Below are positions 63,817 to 64,000 of a DNA stretch of 64,000 nucleotides, in pieces. The stretch is from the NCBI GenBank assembly GCA_965230295.1, contig OZ246001.1:2720001-2784000 (forward strand). Direction: 5' to 3'. Within the stretch, counting starts at the first letter, position 1. The number at the start of each line of letters is the position of its first letter. The position numbers and the translations under genes were made by a program. Under the pieces are notes generated by a model. That model was not told the origin of the DNA. It saw only the letters and a program-made list of their open reading frames with translations, and made no database searches. The stretch is from Marinicella sp. GTDB lineage: Bacteria; Pseudomonadota; Gammaproteobacteria; Xanthomonadales; Marinicellaceae.

Positions 63817-64000
63817 GGTTTGGATTGCTGTTGATGATGCAATCAGGCTCATCAACCTGATGGAGTGGTGATTTTTACCTGATGATGGCCGGTTCTGCGG
63901 TCTTTTGACTGGGCATTGAGATGAAAATCACATAATCTGAGCAGCAGATGGGCTATCATTTGATTGGGAGGTTTGTATCCATGAAATTCATTGTATTTGT

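Noticed and set aside
63817-64000. Possible gene end at the window edge
   Set aside because: Too little sequence to assign a frame or product.

Overview
A 64-kb stretch of a moderately AT-rich gammaproteobacterial chromosome. It is probably Xanthomonadales/Lysobacterales-related (possibly Marinicella-like), inferred from rplQ-dsbB-class II DAHP synthase order, no rpmJ after secY and a Clp-type CRP. About half (5.7-37.2 kb) is the core translation/transcription supercluster: tRNA-Tyr/Gly/Thr-tuf-tRNA-Trp-secE-nusG-rplKAJL-rpoBC-str-S10-spc-alpha. fusA and the second tuf each carry a 1-bp frameshift, probably assembly errors. The flanks hold membrane proteins, btuF, purU, fadH, nagZ, an S8 protease, sufE-cysS, a chorismatase-like gene, clp, rne, rluC and a giant repeat surface protein. 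The most unusual items are: (i) a ~650-bp intergenic element (1786-2436) with imperfect terminal inverted repeats and four related hairpin arms capped by GNA triloops; (ii) a small secreted peptide with mirror-symmetric CX3CX6C-X12-CX6CX3C spacing; (iii) an AT-rich HNH-like gene followed by REP-like palindromes, one of which recurs 10 kb away; (iv) an orphan XanB2-like chorismatase next to clp, plus a perfect CRP/Clp box before the protease; (v) an RNase E tail of Q-rich and 17x decapeptide repeats. All calls come from reading the sequence; no searches or folding programs were run.
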